Source: Prochlorococcus sp. AG-363-P06 | GTDB taxonomy: Bacteria; Cyanobacteriota; Cyanobacteriia; PCC-6307; Cyanobiaceae | Direction: 5' to 3' | DNA length: 64,000 nucleotides | NCBI GenBank assembly: GCA_003280025.1 | Contig: QCGD01000002.1 | Location: 104,835-168,834, forward strand | In this document: positions 10,746 to 21,416 of the stretch, one piece after another | How the letters are laid out: the number at the start of each line of letters is the position of its first letter | How positions within the stretch are numbered: position 1 is the first letter of the stretch | Program-made: the position numbers and the translations under genes | The notes under the pieces: model-generated | Told to the model about the DNA's origin: nothing | Databases searched by the model: none | The model's input: the letters and a program-made list of their open reading frames with translations, nothing else

Positions 10746-10800
10746 GATTTTATAGCAAATTTTTCTAGTCCTAAATAAAATAAACTTAAAGCAATATAAA

Positions 10801-13110
10801 ATGTCTGAGGCAGCTGCAAATTCAAAACAGATAAAAGAAATTGAAGTTTCCAAAACCATTTTGCCTGAAAATAAATTTTTTGAAAGTGAATCTTTGAAGT
10901 ATGAGATAAATATTCCAGATTGGCTTATTGAAAATATCCATAATTACGAACAATCAAACAGGGTAAATGATGAAGGTGAAAACCTTATTGTAAAGGCCTT
11001 TAAGATTGCTTATAGAGCACATGAAGGACAATTACGTGCTAGTGGCGAACCTTACATAATTCATCCAATAGCTGTTGCAGATCTTCTAAAAGAAATAGGT
11101 GCTGGTTCATCTGTAATTGCTGCAGGACTTTTACATGATGTAGTTGAAGATACAGGTGTTGAACTATCTGAAATAGAAAAGATTTTTGGCTTAGAAGTAA
11201 AAGTCCTGGTAGAAGGTGTAACTAAATTAGGAGGTATTCACTTTAATAACAGGACTGAAGCACAAGCAGAAAATCTTAGAAAAATGTTTTTAGCTATGGC
11301 CAGCGACATAAGAGTTGTCTTAGTAAAACTTGCAGATCGACTGCATAATATGAGAACAATCGAATGGCTGAATGATGAGAGGAAAGAACGAATTGCGAGA
11401 GAAACACGAGAGATTTATGCACCTTTGGCCAATAGATTAGGAATCAATAGATTTAAATGGGAATTAGAAGATTTAGCATTTAAATTCCTAGAGCCAAAAG
11501 AATATAAAGATTTAAAAGATCAAATCGCTATTAAAAGAAGTGATAGGGAAAAAAGATTAAAAATCACTTTAAACCTTATGAAGGAAAACTTAGTCACAGC
11601 AGGTTTGAAAAACTTTGAAATAACTGGGAGACCTAAACATCTTTATGGAATTTGGAGTAAAATGGAAAGACAACAAAAGCAGTTTCAAGAAATTTACGAT
11701 GTTGCAGCTCTAAGAATTATTGTTAACAATTCAGATAGTTGTTATAGAGCATTAGCGGTTGTTCATGATACTTTCAAACCAATTCCAGGCAGATTTAAAG
11801 ACTATATAGGATTACCAAAACCTAATGGATATCAATCCCTACATACTTCTGTTATTGGGAGACATCGACCTATTGAAATTCAAATAAGAACTTCTTCTAT
11901 GCATCAAATCGCAGAATATGGTATTGCTGCTCATTGGCAATATAAGGAGGGTGGTTCTCCTGCCACAAGTAATGCCGAAAGATTTAATTGGCTAAGGCAA
12001 TTAGTGGAATGGCAACAAGAAGGGAATGAAGGGGATCATAATGATTATTTAGCATCAATTAAAGAGGACTTATTTGATGAGGAAGTATTTGTGATTACAC
12101 CTAAAGGAGATGTTGTAGGCTTAAGAAAAGGATCTACTGCAATAGATTTCGCCTATAGAATTCATTCTGAGGTTGGAAATCACTGTAATGGAATACGAAT
12201 TAATGAAAAACTTTCTCCATTATCAACATTATTGCAAAATGGAGACTTTATAGAAATTCTGACAAATAATAATGCCACTCCAAGTTTGGATTGGTTGAAC
12301 TTTGTAGTTACTCCAACTGCTAAAAATAGAATTCGCCAATGGTATAAAAAAAGTCATCGGGATGACACTATTAAAAGAGGTCGAGAGTTGCTCGAAAAAG
12401 AAATAGGTCGTAACGGTTTTGAATCATTACTATCAAGTGATGCCATGAAAAAAGTTGCCAATCGATGTAATTTAAAAACAACGGAAGATCTCTTAGCATC
12501 ACTTGGCTTTGGTGGATTAACTTTGCATCAAGTATTAAATAGATTAAGAGAAGAGATAAAATTAAATACAGAAGATATAAAAAATGAATCTAATTCTGAA
12601 ATAGCAAAAACCCTAAAAAGTAAAAAGGATTTATCAAATAATAAATCCTTTGCAAGAAGTAAATCGCCTATTTCTGGGATAGAAGGTCTTGATTACAGAA
12701 TTGGTAAATGTTGTAGCCCACTTCCTGGGGAAGAAATAATTGGAACCGTATCATTAGGTAACCATGGAATTACTATTCATAGCAGAGATTGTGATAATGT
12801 CTTGCAAATTCCTATAGAGAGAAGATTACCCGTCGGATGGAATAAAGAAAATAACACAAACGATAATAAGTTTCCAATCCAACTTAGAATAGAAGTCATT
12901 GATAGAGTTGGTGTTCTTAAAGATATTCTTATGCGTCTATCTGATAAAGGTATCAACGTTAGTGATGCAAACGTTAAAACAGCTGAAGGAAAACCAGCCA
13001 TTATAAAACTATGCGTAGGTCTAGAAAGTTATAATCAACTTCACAAAACTATGGATCAAATTAAATCTATGGCAGATGTTTTAGATATTGCAAGAGTAGG
13101 AGAAAGTTAA
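10801..13110 (+). CDS. spoT: Bifunctional (p)ppGpp synthetase/hydrolase (RelA/SpoT homologue)
   Basis: 769 aa with HD hydrolase motifs (HPI.VA, HDVVEDT), a synthetase domain (YQSLHT, IEIQIRT), and TGS and ACT C-terminal domains. Confidence 0.9.
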   Translation: MSEAAANSKQIKEIEVSKTILPENKFFESESLKYEINIPDWLIENIHNYEQSNRVNDEGENLIVKAFKIAYRAHEGQLRASGEPYIIHPIAVADLLKEIGAGSSVIAAGLLHDVVEDTGVELSEIEKIFGLEVKVLVEGVTKLGGIHFNNRTEAQAENLRKMFLAMASDIRVVLVKLADRLHNMRTIEWLNDERKERIARETREIYAPLANRLGINRFKWELEDLAFKFLEPKEYKDLKDQIAIKRSDREKRLKITLNLMKENLVTAGLKNFEITGRPKHLYGIWSKMERQQKQFQEIYDVAALRIIVNNSDSCYRALAVVHDTFKPIPGRFKDYIGLPKPNGYQSLHTSVIGRHRPIEIQIRTSSMHQIAEYGIAAHWQYKEGGSPATSNAERFNWLRQLVEWQQEGNEGDHNDYLASIKEDLFDEEVFVITPKGDVVGLRKGSTAIDFAYRIHSEVGNHCNGIRINEKLSPLSTLLQNGDFIEILTNNNATPSLDWLNFVVTPTAKNRIRQWYKKSHRDDTIKRGRELLEKEIGRNGFESLLSSDAMKKVANRCNLKTTEDLLASLGFGGLTLHQVLNRLREEIKLNTEDIKNESNSEIAKTLKSKKDLSNNKSFARSKSPISGIEGLDYRIGKCCSPLPGEEIIGTVSLGNHGITIHSRDCDNVLQIPIERRLPVGWNKENNTNDNKFPIQLRIEVIDRVGVLKDILMRLSDKGINVSDANVKTAEGKPAIIKLCVGLESYNQLHKTMDQIKSMADVLDIARVGES

Positions 13111-13129
13111 TTCTGATTAAAAAATAAAT

Positions 13130-13573
13130 CTAACTTTTCTTGTTCGTTTTATATAGCCAAAAAACAATCAACCCTGAAATACAAGCTAAGAATAATCCAA
13201 CAAAAGATGAACCTAAGAGTAATTTTATTGAAAAAATACTACCTTGTTTCCATAGATCATGAATACCCAAATTCCTGTCAATAGTAATATTAGTTGAATT
13301 TCTTATAAAGATTGAACCAACTTTATAATTAAAATAATAAAGGGGTATATAAGTAAAAGGGTTGCTAATCCAAGTACCAATTGCAGCTAGAAGAATATTT
13401 CCTTTAGCTAGTTTTGCAAAAAATACACCTAATAAAGTCTGAAACCCAAAGAAAGGAAAGCAGCCACTAAATACACCTATAGCTAAACCTTTAGCATTAA
13501 AGCTAGGGCTCCCATTCTGCTGCCTAAATAATGATAGAATTTTTTTATAGCCAATATATCTTTTAGAACTCAT
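13130..13573 (-). CDS. DUF2062-family membrane protein
   Basis: 147 aa and hydrophobic, with GLAIGVFSGCFPFFGFQTLL...NPFTYIPLYY resembling the DUF2062 pattern. Confidence 0.55.
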   Translation of the reverse strand: MSSKRYIGYKKILSLFRQQNGSPSFNAKGLAIGVFSGCFPFFGFQTLLGVFFAKLAKGNILLAAIGTWISNPFTYIPLYYFNYKVGSIFIRNSTNITIDRNLGIHDLWKQGSIFSIKLLLGSSFVGLFLACISGLIVFWLYKTNKKS

Positions 13574-13639
13574 TGAGAAAGAAAAATTCAGAATTAAATT
13601 CTTGATAATACTACTTAATTATCTATAACAAAGCGAGAG

Positions 13640-15022
13640 ATGGATTCGATAGTTACTACAGAAGATACGATAGCTGCAATTGCTTCAGCTATAAGTATAG
13701 GTAAAGGAGGAGTTGCAATAATAAGAGTATCGGGGAAAGACTCAATAAATTCTTGCAAAAAGATTGTTAAAACTAAATCTAAATATGCATGGGAATCTCA
13801 TAGAGTTTTTCACGGTTTTATTCATGATAATAGACAAAATAAATTTATAGATGAGGTTTTAATTTTAGTAATGAAATCTCCAAATAGCTTTACTGGAGAG
13901 GATGTTGTTGAATTACATTGCCATGGAGGAATAATTTTAGTAAAAAAAGTTCTTAAAATATTATTATCTATTAATTCTAAAGTTAGACTTGCAAATCCAG
14001 GAGAATTTAGTCAAAGAGCTTTTCTAAATGGGAAAATAGATCTCACTCAAGCCGAATCAATTAATCAATTAATTAAAGCAAACAATATAAAATCAGCAGA
14101 GTTAGCTTTTAGCGGGGTTCAAGGAGAAATAAAGAAAACAATTGATGATATAAAAAATGACCTTATAAATGAGCTATGCGAAATAGAAGCAAGAGTTGAC
14201 TTTGATGAAGACTTCACAGATTTTGATTACACCAAATATATTAAAAACATTAAAAAAGTAAAAGAAAAAATAAAACTACTTATAGAGAATGCAAAAAGAA
14301 ATTCGTATATTCATAATGGAATATCTATCGCTCTTATTGGCAAAACAAATGTAGGCAAAAGCTCTTTACTAAATATGCTTGCAAAAAAAGAGAAAGCAAT
14401 CGTGACTAATATTCCTGGGACAACTAGAGATGTTATTGAAGTGAATTTAACTATAAATGACATACCAATGAAAATAATAGATACTGCGGGAATAAGAGAG
14501 ACTCATGAACAAATTGAAAGTATTGGAATTAAAAAAAGTTTTGGAATAATTAAAGAGTCAGATTTTATAATATATCTTTATAGTCTTGAAGAAGGATTTA
14601 ATGAAGAAGATGAGAAAATAATAAAAGCAATACCCAAAGAAAAATTAATTACTATTTTGGGAAATAAAAAAGATTTAATTAATTCAAATAATATAAATCC
14701 AAATCATTTGAAAAACACAATTCTTATGAGCATTAAAAATAATGATGGTGAAAGATTATTAATCGATAAAATTATAAAAAGATGCGGATTAAAACAAGTA
14801 GAAAATATAAATATATTTTTAAACGAAAGACATCTAACTAATTTAAGTGCTTGCCTATCTAATTTAAATGATACTGATGAAATAATTAAAAATAAATTAC
14901 CATTTGATTTCTTATCAATAGAATTGAGAGATGCTATACAAAACTTATCTAAAATAACTGGTCAAGAATTAACAGAAGAACTTCTAGATAATATTTTTTC
15001 TAAGTTTTGTATTGGTAAATAA
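13640..15022 (+). CDS. mnmE: tRNA modification GTPase MnmE (TrmE)
   Basis: 460 aa with [10 protein letters not shown]1 [20 protein letters not shown] and the terminal FCIGK motif. Confidence 0.92.
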   Translation: MDSIVTTEDTIAAIASAISIGKGGVAIIRVSGKDSINSCKKIVKTKSKYAWESHRVFHGFIHDNRQNKFIDEVLILVMKSPNSFTGEDVVELHCHGGIILVKKVLKILLSINSKVRLANPGEFSQRAFLNGKIDLTQAESINQLIKANNIKSAELAFSGVQGEIKKTIDDIKNDLINELCEIEARVDFDEDFTDFDYTKYIKNIKKVKEKIKLLIENAKRNSYIHNGISIALIGKTNVGKSSLLNMLAKKEKAIVTNIPGTTRDVIEVNLTINDIPMKIIDTAGIRETHEQIESIGIKKSFGIIKESDFIIYLYSLEEGFNEEDEKIIKAIPKEKLITILGNKKDLINSNNINPNHLKNTILMSIKNNDGERLLIDKIIKRCGLKQVENINIFLNERHLTNLSACLSNLNDTDEIIKNKLPFDFLSIELRDAIQNLSKITGQELTEELLDNIFSKFCIGK

Positions 15023-15100
15023 ATTTGAGTTAAATTAAATAGTGATATATAGTGAATTCTCATAGTCAGTTGAATTTTTATTAATTATTTATTAAGTTTA

Positions 15101-15967
15101 GTGGATTTAAATACTCCAATAATAAGTAAGATCATTGATAATTGGATCAATGAAGATATAGGTAAAGGAGATCTAACAAGTTCTTCTATTACAAAAGAAA
15201 ATGGTAATGCCTATTGGATTGCAAAAGAAGAAGGGATATTTTGTGGTGTGGAAATTATAAAAGAAATTTTTAAAAAAATTGATTTAAAAATCAGTTCTAG
15301 ATTTCATATCTCTGATGGAGATAAATTTGTTAAAGATCAAAAACTAATAGAATTATATGGACCTTCAAAAAGTTTATTATCTAGTGAAAGGATAAGCCTA
15401 AATATTGCAATGCATTTATCTGGAATATCTACCCATACAAAGAATCTTGTCAATAAGTTAGAAGGTACAAATATAAAATTGGCAGATACTAGAAAAACAA
15501 CTCCTGGCTTAAGAATATTTGAAAAATATGCATTCAAATGTGGAGGTGGAGTAAATCATAGAATGGGATTATACGATGCAGCGATGATAAAAGAAAATCA
15601 CATTGCATGGACGGATAATCTTAAAAATGCAGTAAAAAAAATTAGACTAAATTCGCCTTTTACAACTCATATCGTAATTGAAGCTGAGACTATTAAACAG
15701 GCCAAAGAAGCAGTATTGGCAGGTGCAGATAGTATCTTATTAGATGAACTGAGTCCTGAAACAATAAAGAAAGCTGTTGAAGAATTGAGAAATTTATCAA
15801 TTCATAGTGTAAAAAAAGAAGTCAACAAAAATTTGATTATAGAAGTTTCTGGAATAGACCCTAAAGAAATTAGTAAATATCTAATAAAAGGTATCGATTT
15901 GATTTCAACAAGTTCTTCAATTACTAAAAGTAATTGGATTGATTTAAGTATGCGTTATATTAATTAA
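15101..15967 (+). CDS. nadC: Nicotinate-nucleotide pyrophosphorylase (quinolinate phosphoribosyltransferase)
   Basis: GTG start. Has EDIG.GDLTS, TRKTTPGLR, KYA...GGG.NHR.GL.D and IKENH. Confidence 0.85.
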   Translation: MDLNTPIISKIIDNWINEDIGKGDLTSSSITKENGNAYWIAKEEGIFCGVEIIKEIFKKIDLKISSRFHISDGDKFVKDQKLIELYGPSKSLLSSERISLNIAMHLSGISTHTKNLVNKLEGTNIKLADTRKTTPGLRIFEKYAFKCGGGVNHRMGLYDAAMIKENHIAWTDNLKNAVKKIRLNSPFTTHIVIEAETIKQAKEAVLAGADSILLDELSPETIKKAVEELRNLSIHSVKKEVNKNLIIEVSGIDPKEISKYLIKGIDLISTSSSITKSNWIDLSMRYIN

Positions 15968-15994
15968 TTATATAGAAAAATAATTGAATAATAA

Positions 15995-17806
15995 ATGCTA
16001 ATCATTTTTAAAGAATTAACAAAAATCTTTGAGCAATCTCTATTAGATAATCTTGAAAAAAATAATAAAAAAAGTGAATTCGAGAATCTTAGAAAAAATT
16101 TAATTACACAATCATCAAAAGAAAACTTTGGAGATTATCAATGTAATGTTTGTCTCAGTTTGTCTAAAATATATAAAAAGAATCCAAGAGAGATCTCTAG
16201 TGATTTTGTTAATCTGTTACATGAAAATAAAAGAATATCAGAATTATGCAGGAGTCTAGAAATAGCAGGTCCTGGATTTATAAATATAAAATTAAAAGAT
16301 GATGTTCTAATAAATGAAATTAAATCAAATATTCAATGCCAAAGGGCTGGAGTACCTCTAATTAAAAAAAATTTAAATAATGGCTTATCTAATAAAGTTA
16401 TTGTAGATTTTTCTAGTCCTAATATTGCCAAAGAAATGCATGTCGGTCATTTAAGATCGACAATAATTGGGGACTCAATATCTAGAATTTTCGAGTTAAG
16501 AGGTTATGAAGTATTAAGACTAAATCATGTTGGTGATTGGGGTACACAATTTGGAATGCTTATCACTCAGCTCAAAGATTTATATTCAAATGATTTAAAA
16601 GAAATAGAAAAGATCAAGATTAGTGATTTAGTTGAATTTTATAAAGCCTCAAAAAAAAGATTTGATAATGAATCTGAATTTCAAAAAAGGTCTAGAGAGG
16701 AAGTAGTAAAGTTACAAAGTGGCGATAGTAAATCAATTCAAGCCTGGAAGTTATTATGTGATCAATCTAGAAAAGAATTTGATGAGATATATAAAAATTT
16801 AAATATAAAAATAAACGAAAGAGGTGAATCTTTTTATAATCCCTTCTTAAAGTCAGTTATTGAAGAGCTGAATTTTCAGAAAATACTCGTAGAAGATCAA
16901 GGTGCAAAATGTGTATTTTTAGAGGGAATGACAAATAAAGAAGGCAAACCTTTCCCTCTAATTATTCAGAAAAAAGATGGAGGGTTTAATTATGCCACTA
17001 CAGATCTTGCTGCCATAAGATATAGATTCAATAAAGATCCTGATGGTGACAATGCCTCAAGAATTATTTATGTAACTGATCATGGACAAGCTAATCATTT
17101 TGCAGGAGTTTTTCAAGTCGCAAAAAGAGCAAAATGGATACCAGATAATTGTCAATTAGATCATGTGCCCTTTGGATTAGTACAGGGTATTGATGGTAAA
17201 AAACTAAAGACAAGGGAAGGGGAAACAATACGTCTAAAAGACTTATTAAAAGAAGCAGTTAGAAGAGCAAAAGATGATTTATTGAAAAGATTAGAAAATG
17301 AAAATCGTTATGAAACTGAAGAATTTATTGCACGTACTTCGAGAGTAATTGGATTAGGAGCTGTTAAATATGCAGATTTAAGTCAAAATAGGATTACTAA
17401 TTATCAATTTAGTTTTGATAAAATGCTTTCCCTAAATGGAAACACTGCTCCTTATTTGTTATATACACTTGTAAGAATTTCAGGTATTAAACGAAAAAAC
17501 GATTTAGTTTATGACTCTAAAGATTTTCAATCTATAAATTATGAACATCAATCTGAGTGGAAGCTTATAAGAAAATTACTTAAATTTGATGAAGTTATAA
17601 TTTCTATTGAAAAAGATTTAATGCCAAATAGACTTTGCAATTATCTTTTTGAACTATGTCAGACTTTTAATAGATTCTATGATCAAGTTCCAATCCTCAA
17701 AGAAGAAAATAAAAAAGTTTCTAGACTTAATTTATGTGACCTAACTGCAAAAATACTAAGATTAAGCTTAGAGCTTCTAGGAATTGAAACTTTAGAAAGA
17801 ATGTAA
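15995..17806 (+). CDS. argS: Arginine--tRNA ligase
   Basis: 603 aa with a class I HIGH-type motif ([15 protein letters not shown]) and a C-terminal anticodon-binding domain ending ..LGIETLERM. Confidence 0.95.
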   Translation: MLIIFKELTKIFEQSLLDNLEKNNKKSEFENLRKNLITQSSKENFGDYQCNVCLSLSKIYKKNPREISSDFVNLLHENKRISELCRSLEIAGPGFINIKLKDDVLINEIKSNIQCQRAGVPLIKKNLNNGLSNKVIVDFSSPNIAKEMHVGHLRSTIIGDSISRIFELRGYEVLRLNHVGDWGTQFGMLITQLKDLYSNDLKEIEKIKISDLVEFYKASKKRFDNESEFQKRSREEVVKLQSGDSKSIQAWKLLCDQSRKEFDEIYKNLNIKINERGESFYNPFLKSVIEELNFQKILVEDQGAKCVFLEGMTNKEGKPFPLIIQKKDGGFNYATTDLAAIRYRFNKDPDGDNASRIIYVTDHGQANHFAGVFQVAKRAKWIPDNCQLDHVPFGLVQGIDGKKLKTREGETIRLKDLLKEAVRRAKDDLLKRLENENRYETEEFIARTSRVIGLGAVKYADLSQNRITNYQFSFDKMLSLNGNTAPYLLYTLVRISGIKRKNDLVYDSKDFQSINYEHQSEWKLIRKLLKFDEVIISIEKDLMPNRLCNYLFELCQTFNRFYDQVPILKEENKKVSRLNLCDLTAKILRLSLELLGIETLERM

Positions 17807-18915
17807 TGAATGATTTTGATCAATTAAATAATCTTTTCCCAAAACCAAGAGAAGAAATAATACATATGCAGTCTTACTCTGCCCCTTTAGAAAACAGAAG
17901 AAATTTACTTCGCTTAGACTTCAATGAAAATACTTTAGGGCCCAGTCCAAAGGTTTTCGAGGCATTAAAAGCAATAAAATCAGATGAAATTTCAATTTAT
18001 CCAGAATATAATGTATTAAAAAATTTTTTATGTGATCAATATATCGATACAAGAAAATTCCACAATGATGAAATAGGAATTTTCAATGGTGCTGATGCAG
18101 CAATAAATGCTATCTTTAATAGCTTTGGAGAAAAAGATGAAATATTTCTAACCACAAATCCAACTTTTGGTTACTATTCGCCTTGCTCAGAGATGAGAGG
18201 AATGAAGAAAGTAACTTGTTCTTACATAGGAGAAAATTTTCGTTTCCCAATTAAGGAATTTGAAGAAAAAATTATAAAGCATAATCCAAAACTAATTTTT
18301 ATTTGTAATCCAAATAATCCAACTGGAACTGTTTTAAGCGCAAAAGAAATAATTCAATTAGCAAATATCAATAAAAACTCATTAATTGTCGTTGATGAAC
18401 TTTATGAAAAATTCTATGGTGATAGTCTTCTTAAATTAATAGATTTCGAAAGAAACAAAAATATAGTAATTATTCAATCTTTATCAAAAACTGCTGGTTT
18501 AGCTGGTTTAAGAATAGGATTTACTTTTGGCCACAGAAGTTTAATTAAATATATTAATAAAGTTACAGGACCATATGATGTAAATAGCTTTGCTGTAACT
18601 GGAACATTGGCTGCGCTTAAGGATAAATCGTATATAGATAACTATGTTTTAGAAGTCAAAAAAGCAAGAGAATGGATTTTAAAGAAATTTAAATCTACCA
18701 AAATCAGGACTCACTTTAGCGGAGGTAATTATTTCCTTATTTGGCCAAACAAAAACCCAAAATTTTTAATAGAAAAGATGAGAGAAAAGGGTATTTTAAT
18801 TAGAAGTATGGAAAATAAAAAAGATATCGGTAACTCTATAAGGGTAAGTATAGGCAATCAAGAGCAAATGAATTTTTTCTGGGATAATTATAAAGAATTA
18901 GATCTAACAAATTAA
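17806..18915 (+). CDS. Histidinol-phosphate aminotransferase family protein
   Basis: LRLDFNENTLGPSP, NPNNPTG, and a PLP-lysine context SLSKTAGLAGLRIGF. Its ATG overlaps the argS stop (TAATG). Confidence 0.7.
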   Translation: MNDFDQLNNLFPKPREEIIHMQSYSAPLENRRNLLRLDFNENTLGPSPKVFEALKAIKSDEISIYPEYNVLKNFLCDQYIDTRKFHNDEIGIFNGADAAINAIFNSFGEKDEIFLTTNPTFGYYSPCSEMRGMKKVTCSYIGENFRFPIKEFEEKIIKHNPKLIFICNPNNPTGTVLSAKEIIQLANINKNSLIVVDELYEKFYGDSLLKLIDFERNKNIVIIQSLSKTAGLAGLRIGFTFGHRSLIKYINKVTGPYDVNSFAVTGTLAALKDKSYIDNYVLEVKKAREWILKKFKSTKIRTHFSGGNYFLIWPNKNPKFLIEKMREKGILIRSMENKKDIGNSIRVSIGNQEQMNFFWDNYKELDLTN

Positions 18916-19640
18916 TAACTGAAGATATAAATACTATTTTCTTCAATTCTTTTTGGATTGATTTGAACATATTTTCCAACATATTTAACTTTAAAATCTT
19001 TCATATTTTCAAGAAATAAATCAGCATTGGAAAAATCACAATCTTTAGATTGTTTTCTTCCGCGTGTAAAATGGACAGGTATAACAATAGAAGGTTTTAA
19101 AGTTTTAACTATTCTTGAAGCCTCTTCACCATTATAAGATTTCATTCCTCCTCCAATTGAAATAAATAAGATATCTGGACGAGACAAAACAATTTTGCTG
19201 CTAATATCCATTTCACCAGCAGCTCCTCCCATATGGACTATTTTTAGATTATTTTGCTCCCAACTCCAAACTGTAGCCATACCGAATCTCCTTCCTCCTA
19301 ATCTGTCATGAGGAACAGTAATGCCATTTAATAACATATTTTTATATTTATAGATTCCTGGATCCACAAACATCAAGTTATTTTTTGGATTATATCCCTC
19401 ATCTGCAAGTTTAGAACTAGCTAGAATAAAATCTGCATTGCGTTCTTTTGGTTCCACTAAATTACTTGCACAACCTCTAGCCTTAAAAGGATTTATAAGA
19501 ATTGATTTTCCTTCACCTCTAATTAAAAAACTACTATGACCAAAACTTTTTAAAGAAAGTTTATCTGCCAATGCAGAAGGAGGTAGAAAAAAGCTAAATA
19601 ATATAAAAAATAAAAGTTTGTTGATTTTGATAATAGTCAT
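18912..19640 (-). CDS. Metallo-beta-lactamase-fold (UPF0173-like) hydrolase with an N-terminal signal-like peptide
   Basis: GHSSFLIRGEGKSILINPF plus later H/D-containing segments. Hydrophobic N-terminus. Confidence 0.55.
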   Translation of the reverse strand: MTIIKINKLLFFILFSFFLPPSALADKLSLKSFGHSSFLIRGEGKSILINPFKARGCASNLVEPKERNADFILASSKLADEGYNPKNNLMFVDPGIYKYKNMLLNGITVPHDRLGGRRFGMATVWSWEQNNLKIVHMGGAAGEMDISSKIVLSRPDILFISIGGGMKSYNGEEASRIVKTLKPSIVIPVHFTRGRKQSKDCDFSNADLFLENMKDFKVKYVGKYVQINPKRIEENSIYIFSY

Positions 19641-19648
19641 AAACTTAT

Positions 19649-20254
19649 TTAATATTTTACTTTTTTTTCGGCCATTTTTAGAAAATTACTAATTAATTTA
19701 TGACCAAATTGTGTCAATACACTTTCGGGATGAAACTGTACACCATGCAAGTGATGATATTCTTTATGAGAAATAGCCATAATAGTTGAGTCTTCTAGAG
19801 TAGCAGTTATCTTAAAACAAGATGGGAGGGACGCTGAATCAACTATAAGGCTATGGTATCTTGTCGCTACAAAAGGATTTTCAATATCTTTAAATAATCC
19901 TGTTTTGTTGTGAAAAATTTTGGATGTCTTACCATGCATAAGTTGTTTACCAATTATTACATTACCTCCAAAAGCTTGTGCCAAAGCTTGGTGGCCTAAA
20001 CAAACCCCCAATATTGGAATATGCTTAGATAATTTTTTTAGTATTGGGAGACAAATTCCAGATTGATCTGGATTACCAGGTCCTGGAGATAATAAAATAC
20101 CGCCAGGATTTATTTTAGTAATTTCTTCTAATGTAATTTCATCATTTCTTTTTACTATTAATTCTTTAGTGATTTGATGTTCATCCGAAAGCTCTCCTAA
20201 ATATTGAACAAGGTTATAAGTAAAACTATCGTAATTATCAATAACTAAAAACAT
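19649..20254 (-). CDS. trpG: Anthranilate/aminodeoxychorismate synthase component II (glutamine amidotransferase)
   Basis: MFLVIDNYDSFTYNLVQYL, catalytic GVCLGHQ, and HGVQFHPES. Start moved to Met20 (ATG at 20254), which removes the overlap with dgkA. Confidence 0.85.
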   Translation of the reverse strand: MFLVIDNYDSFTYNLVQYLGELSDEHQITKELIVKRNDEITLEEITKINPGGILLSPGPGNPDQSGICLPILKKLSKHIPILGVCLGHQALAQAFGGNVIIGKQLMHGKTSKIFHNKTGLFKDIENPFVATRYHSLIVDSASLPSCFKITATLEDSTIMAISHKEYHHLHGVQFHPESVLTQFGHKLISNFLKMAEKKVKY

Positions 20255-20267
20255 ACTTTTATAAATT

Positions 20268-20678
20268 TTAAAATAACAACTTAATTTTAGGAATAAATAT
20301 ATATACAGCAATAATAACAGAATTAATGGAAGCTAAAAATACAGCCCCTGCAGAAGTATCTTTAGCAATTTTAGCCAAATTACTAAATTCTTTTTTAATT
20401 ACTAGATCTACTATAGTTTCGATCGATGTGTTTAATGTTTCCAATATTAATACAGACATAATTGTGGCAACCAAAATCAAATAATTACTTTTATTGATTT
20501 CAAGTAAAGAACCTATAATTAAACTGATTAAAGCAAAGAAAAGTTGAATCTTAAAATTTCTTGAAGTTTTAAATACGTAATAAATGCCATTTAAAGCATA
20601 CTTAAAACTTATAAAAACATTTTTAGAAGTCTTATATGATTCTATTCTGCTTTCTAAAAGGTTATTTTTTTTTTGCAT
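20268..20678 (-). CDS. dgkA: Diacylglycerol kinase (prokaryotic DgkA family)
   Basis: 136 aa with three TM segments and the E.LNT.IE..VD motif (ETLNTSIETIVDLV). Confidence 0.8.
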   Translation of the reverse strand: MQKKNNLLESRIESYKTSKNVFISFKYALNGIYYVFKTSRNFKIQLFFALISLIIGSLLEINKSNYLILVATIMSVLILETLNTSIETIVDLVIKKEFSNLAKIAKDTSAGAVFLASINSVIIAVYIFIPKIKLLF

Positions 20679-20685
20679 AAAAATT

Positions 20686-21228
20686 TTAATCTAAATTAGA
20701 AATTAAATATTCTTGCAAACTTAACATATTTTTCAATTCATTATCATCTTTATGTTCCCAACCCAAAAGATGTAAAAATCCATGACTTGCCAACCATAGC
20801 ATTTCTCTTTTAATAGAATGTTTATATTGATAAGATTGCTCAAGTGCCATCTCAAATGATATAAATATATCTCCCAACTCTATTTGATCTAAATTATTTA
20901 AATATTCATCAGAAATTATTGGGAAAGATAGAACATCAGTTGGACCATTTTTTTGCATCCACTTCTGGTTCATAGAAGCAATTTCTTGATTAGATATTAT
21001 TTGTAAGCTTAATGAAAAAGATTTTTTTTTAAAAATACATTTCGGCAATTCATAATCATCTTTTTTTAATATTGTATTTATCCAAGATAAAAAAACTTTC
21101 TCCCAAAAAATAGATTCAAAAATAAGCTTTCTTTTAGTATCTTTTAACTTATTTGAAAATTGAGAAAAATCATTACATTGAAAAACCAAATCTAAATTTA
21201 TTTCAGAAATAATTTTTTTTTCATACAT
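20686..21228 (-). CDS. ybeY: rRNA maturation endoribonuclease YbeY
   Basis: Zinc motif [11 protein letters not shown] and TDVLSFP. Confidence 0.85.
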   Translation of the reverse strand: MYEKKIISEINLDLVFQCNDFSQFSNKLKDTKRKLIFESIFWEKVFLSWINTILKKDDYELPKCIFKKKSFSLSLQIISNQEIASMNQKWMQKNGPTDVLSFPIISDEYLNNLDQIELGDIFISFEMALEQSYQYKHSIKREMLWLASHGFLHLLGWEHKDDNELKNMLSLQEYLISNLD

Positions 21229-21230
21229 TC

Positions 21231-21413
21231 TTATACAGGAATATTGGGCTTACCTATTGTGGCCACAAGGATTAATATCCCAATTAAAACTAGAAAGGTT
21301 ATAGAAAAATGAGAAATACTTTTTGAACCCTTTCTTACCATATTTCTCATAGCAAGCTTTATAAAGCTTGGAGGAGCAACTTTTTTTTCTAAATTTTCGT
21401 TTTTATTTTCCAT
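21231..21413 (-). CDS. Small single-TM protein (DUF3285-like)
   Basis: 60 aa with a basic N-terminus ([10 protein letters not shown]) followed by one hydrophobic helix. Tightly packed between prfB and ybeY. Confidence 0.5.
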   Translation of the reverse strand: MENKNENLEKKVAPPSFIKLAMRNMVRKGSKSISHFSITFLVLIGILILVATIGKPNIPV

Positions 21414-21416
21414 TAG

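Noticed and set aside
10746-10859. 38-codon N-terminal extension of the ABC ATPase ORF overlapping the spoT start.
   Set aside because: The hydrophobic, odd extension (MVLETSISFICFEF..) precedes a good ATG (MEIKKGKILEVKNL) placed the normal distance before Walker A. The extension would create a 59-nt head-to-head overlap.
20255-20311. 19-codon extension of the trpG ORF overlapping the end of dgkA.
   Set aside because: The conserved amidotransferase N-terminus begins at MFLVIDNYDSFT, and the upstream residues (MLYIYLFLKLSCYFKIYKS) look like read-through of non-coding or dgkA sequence.
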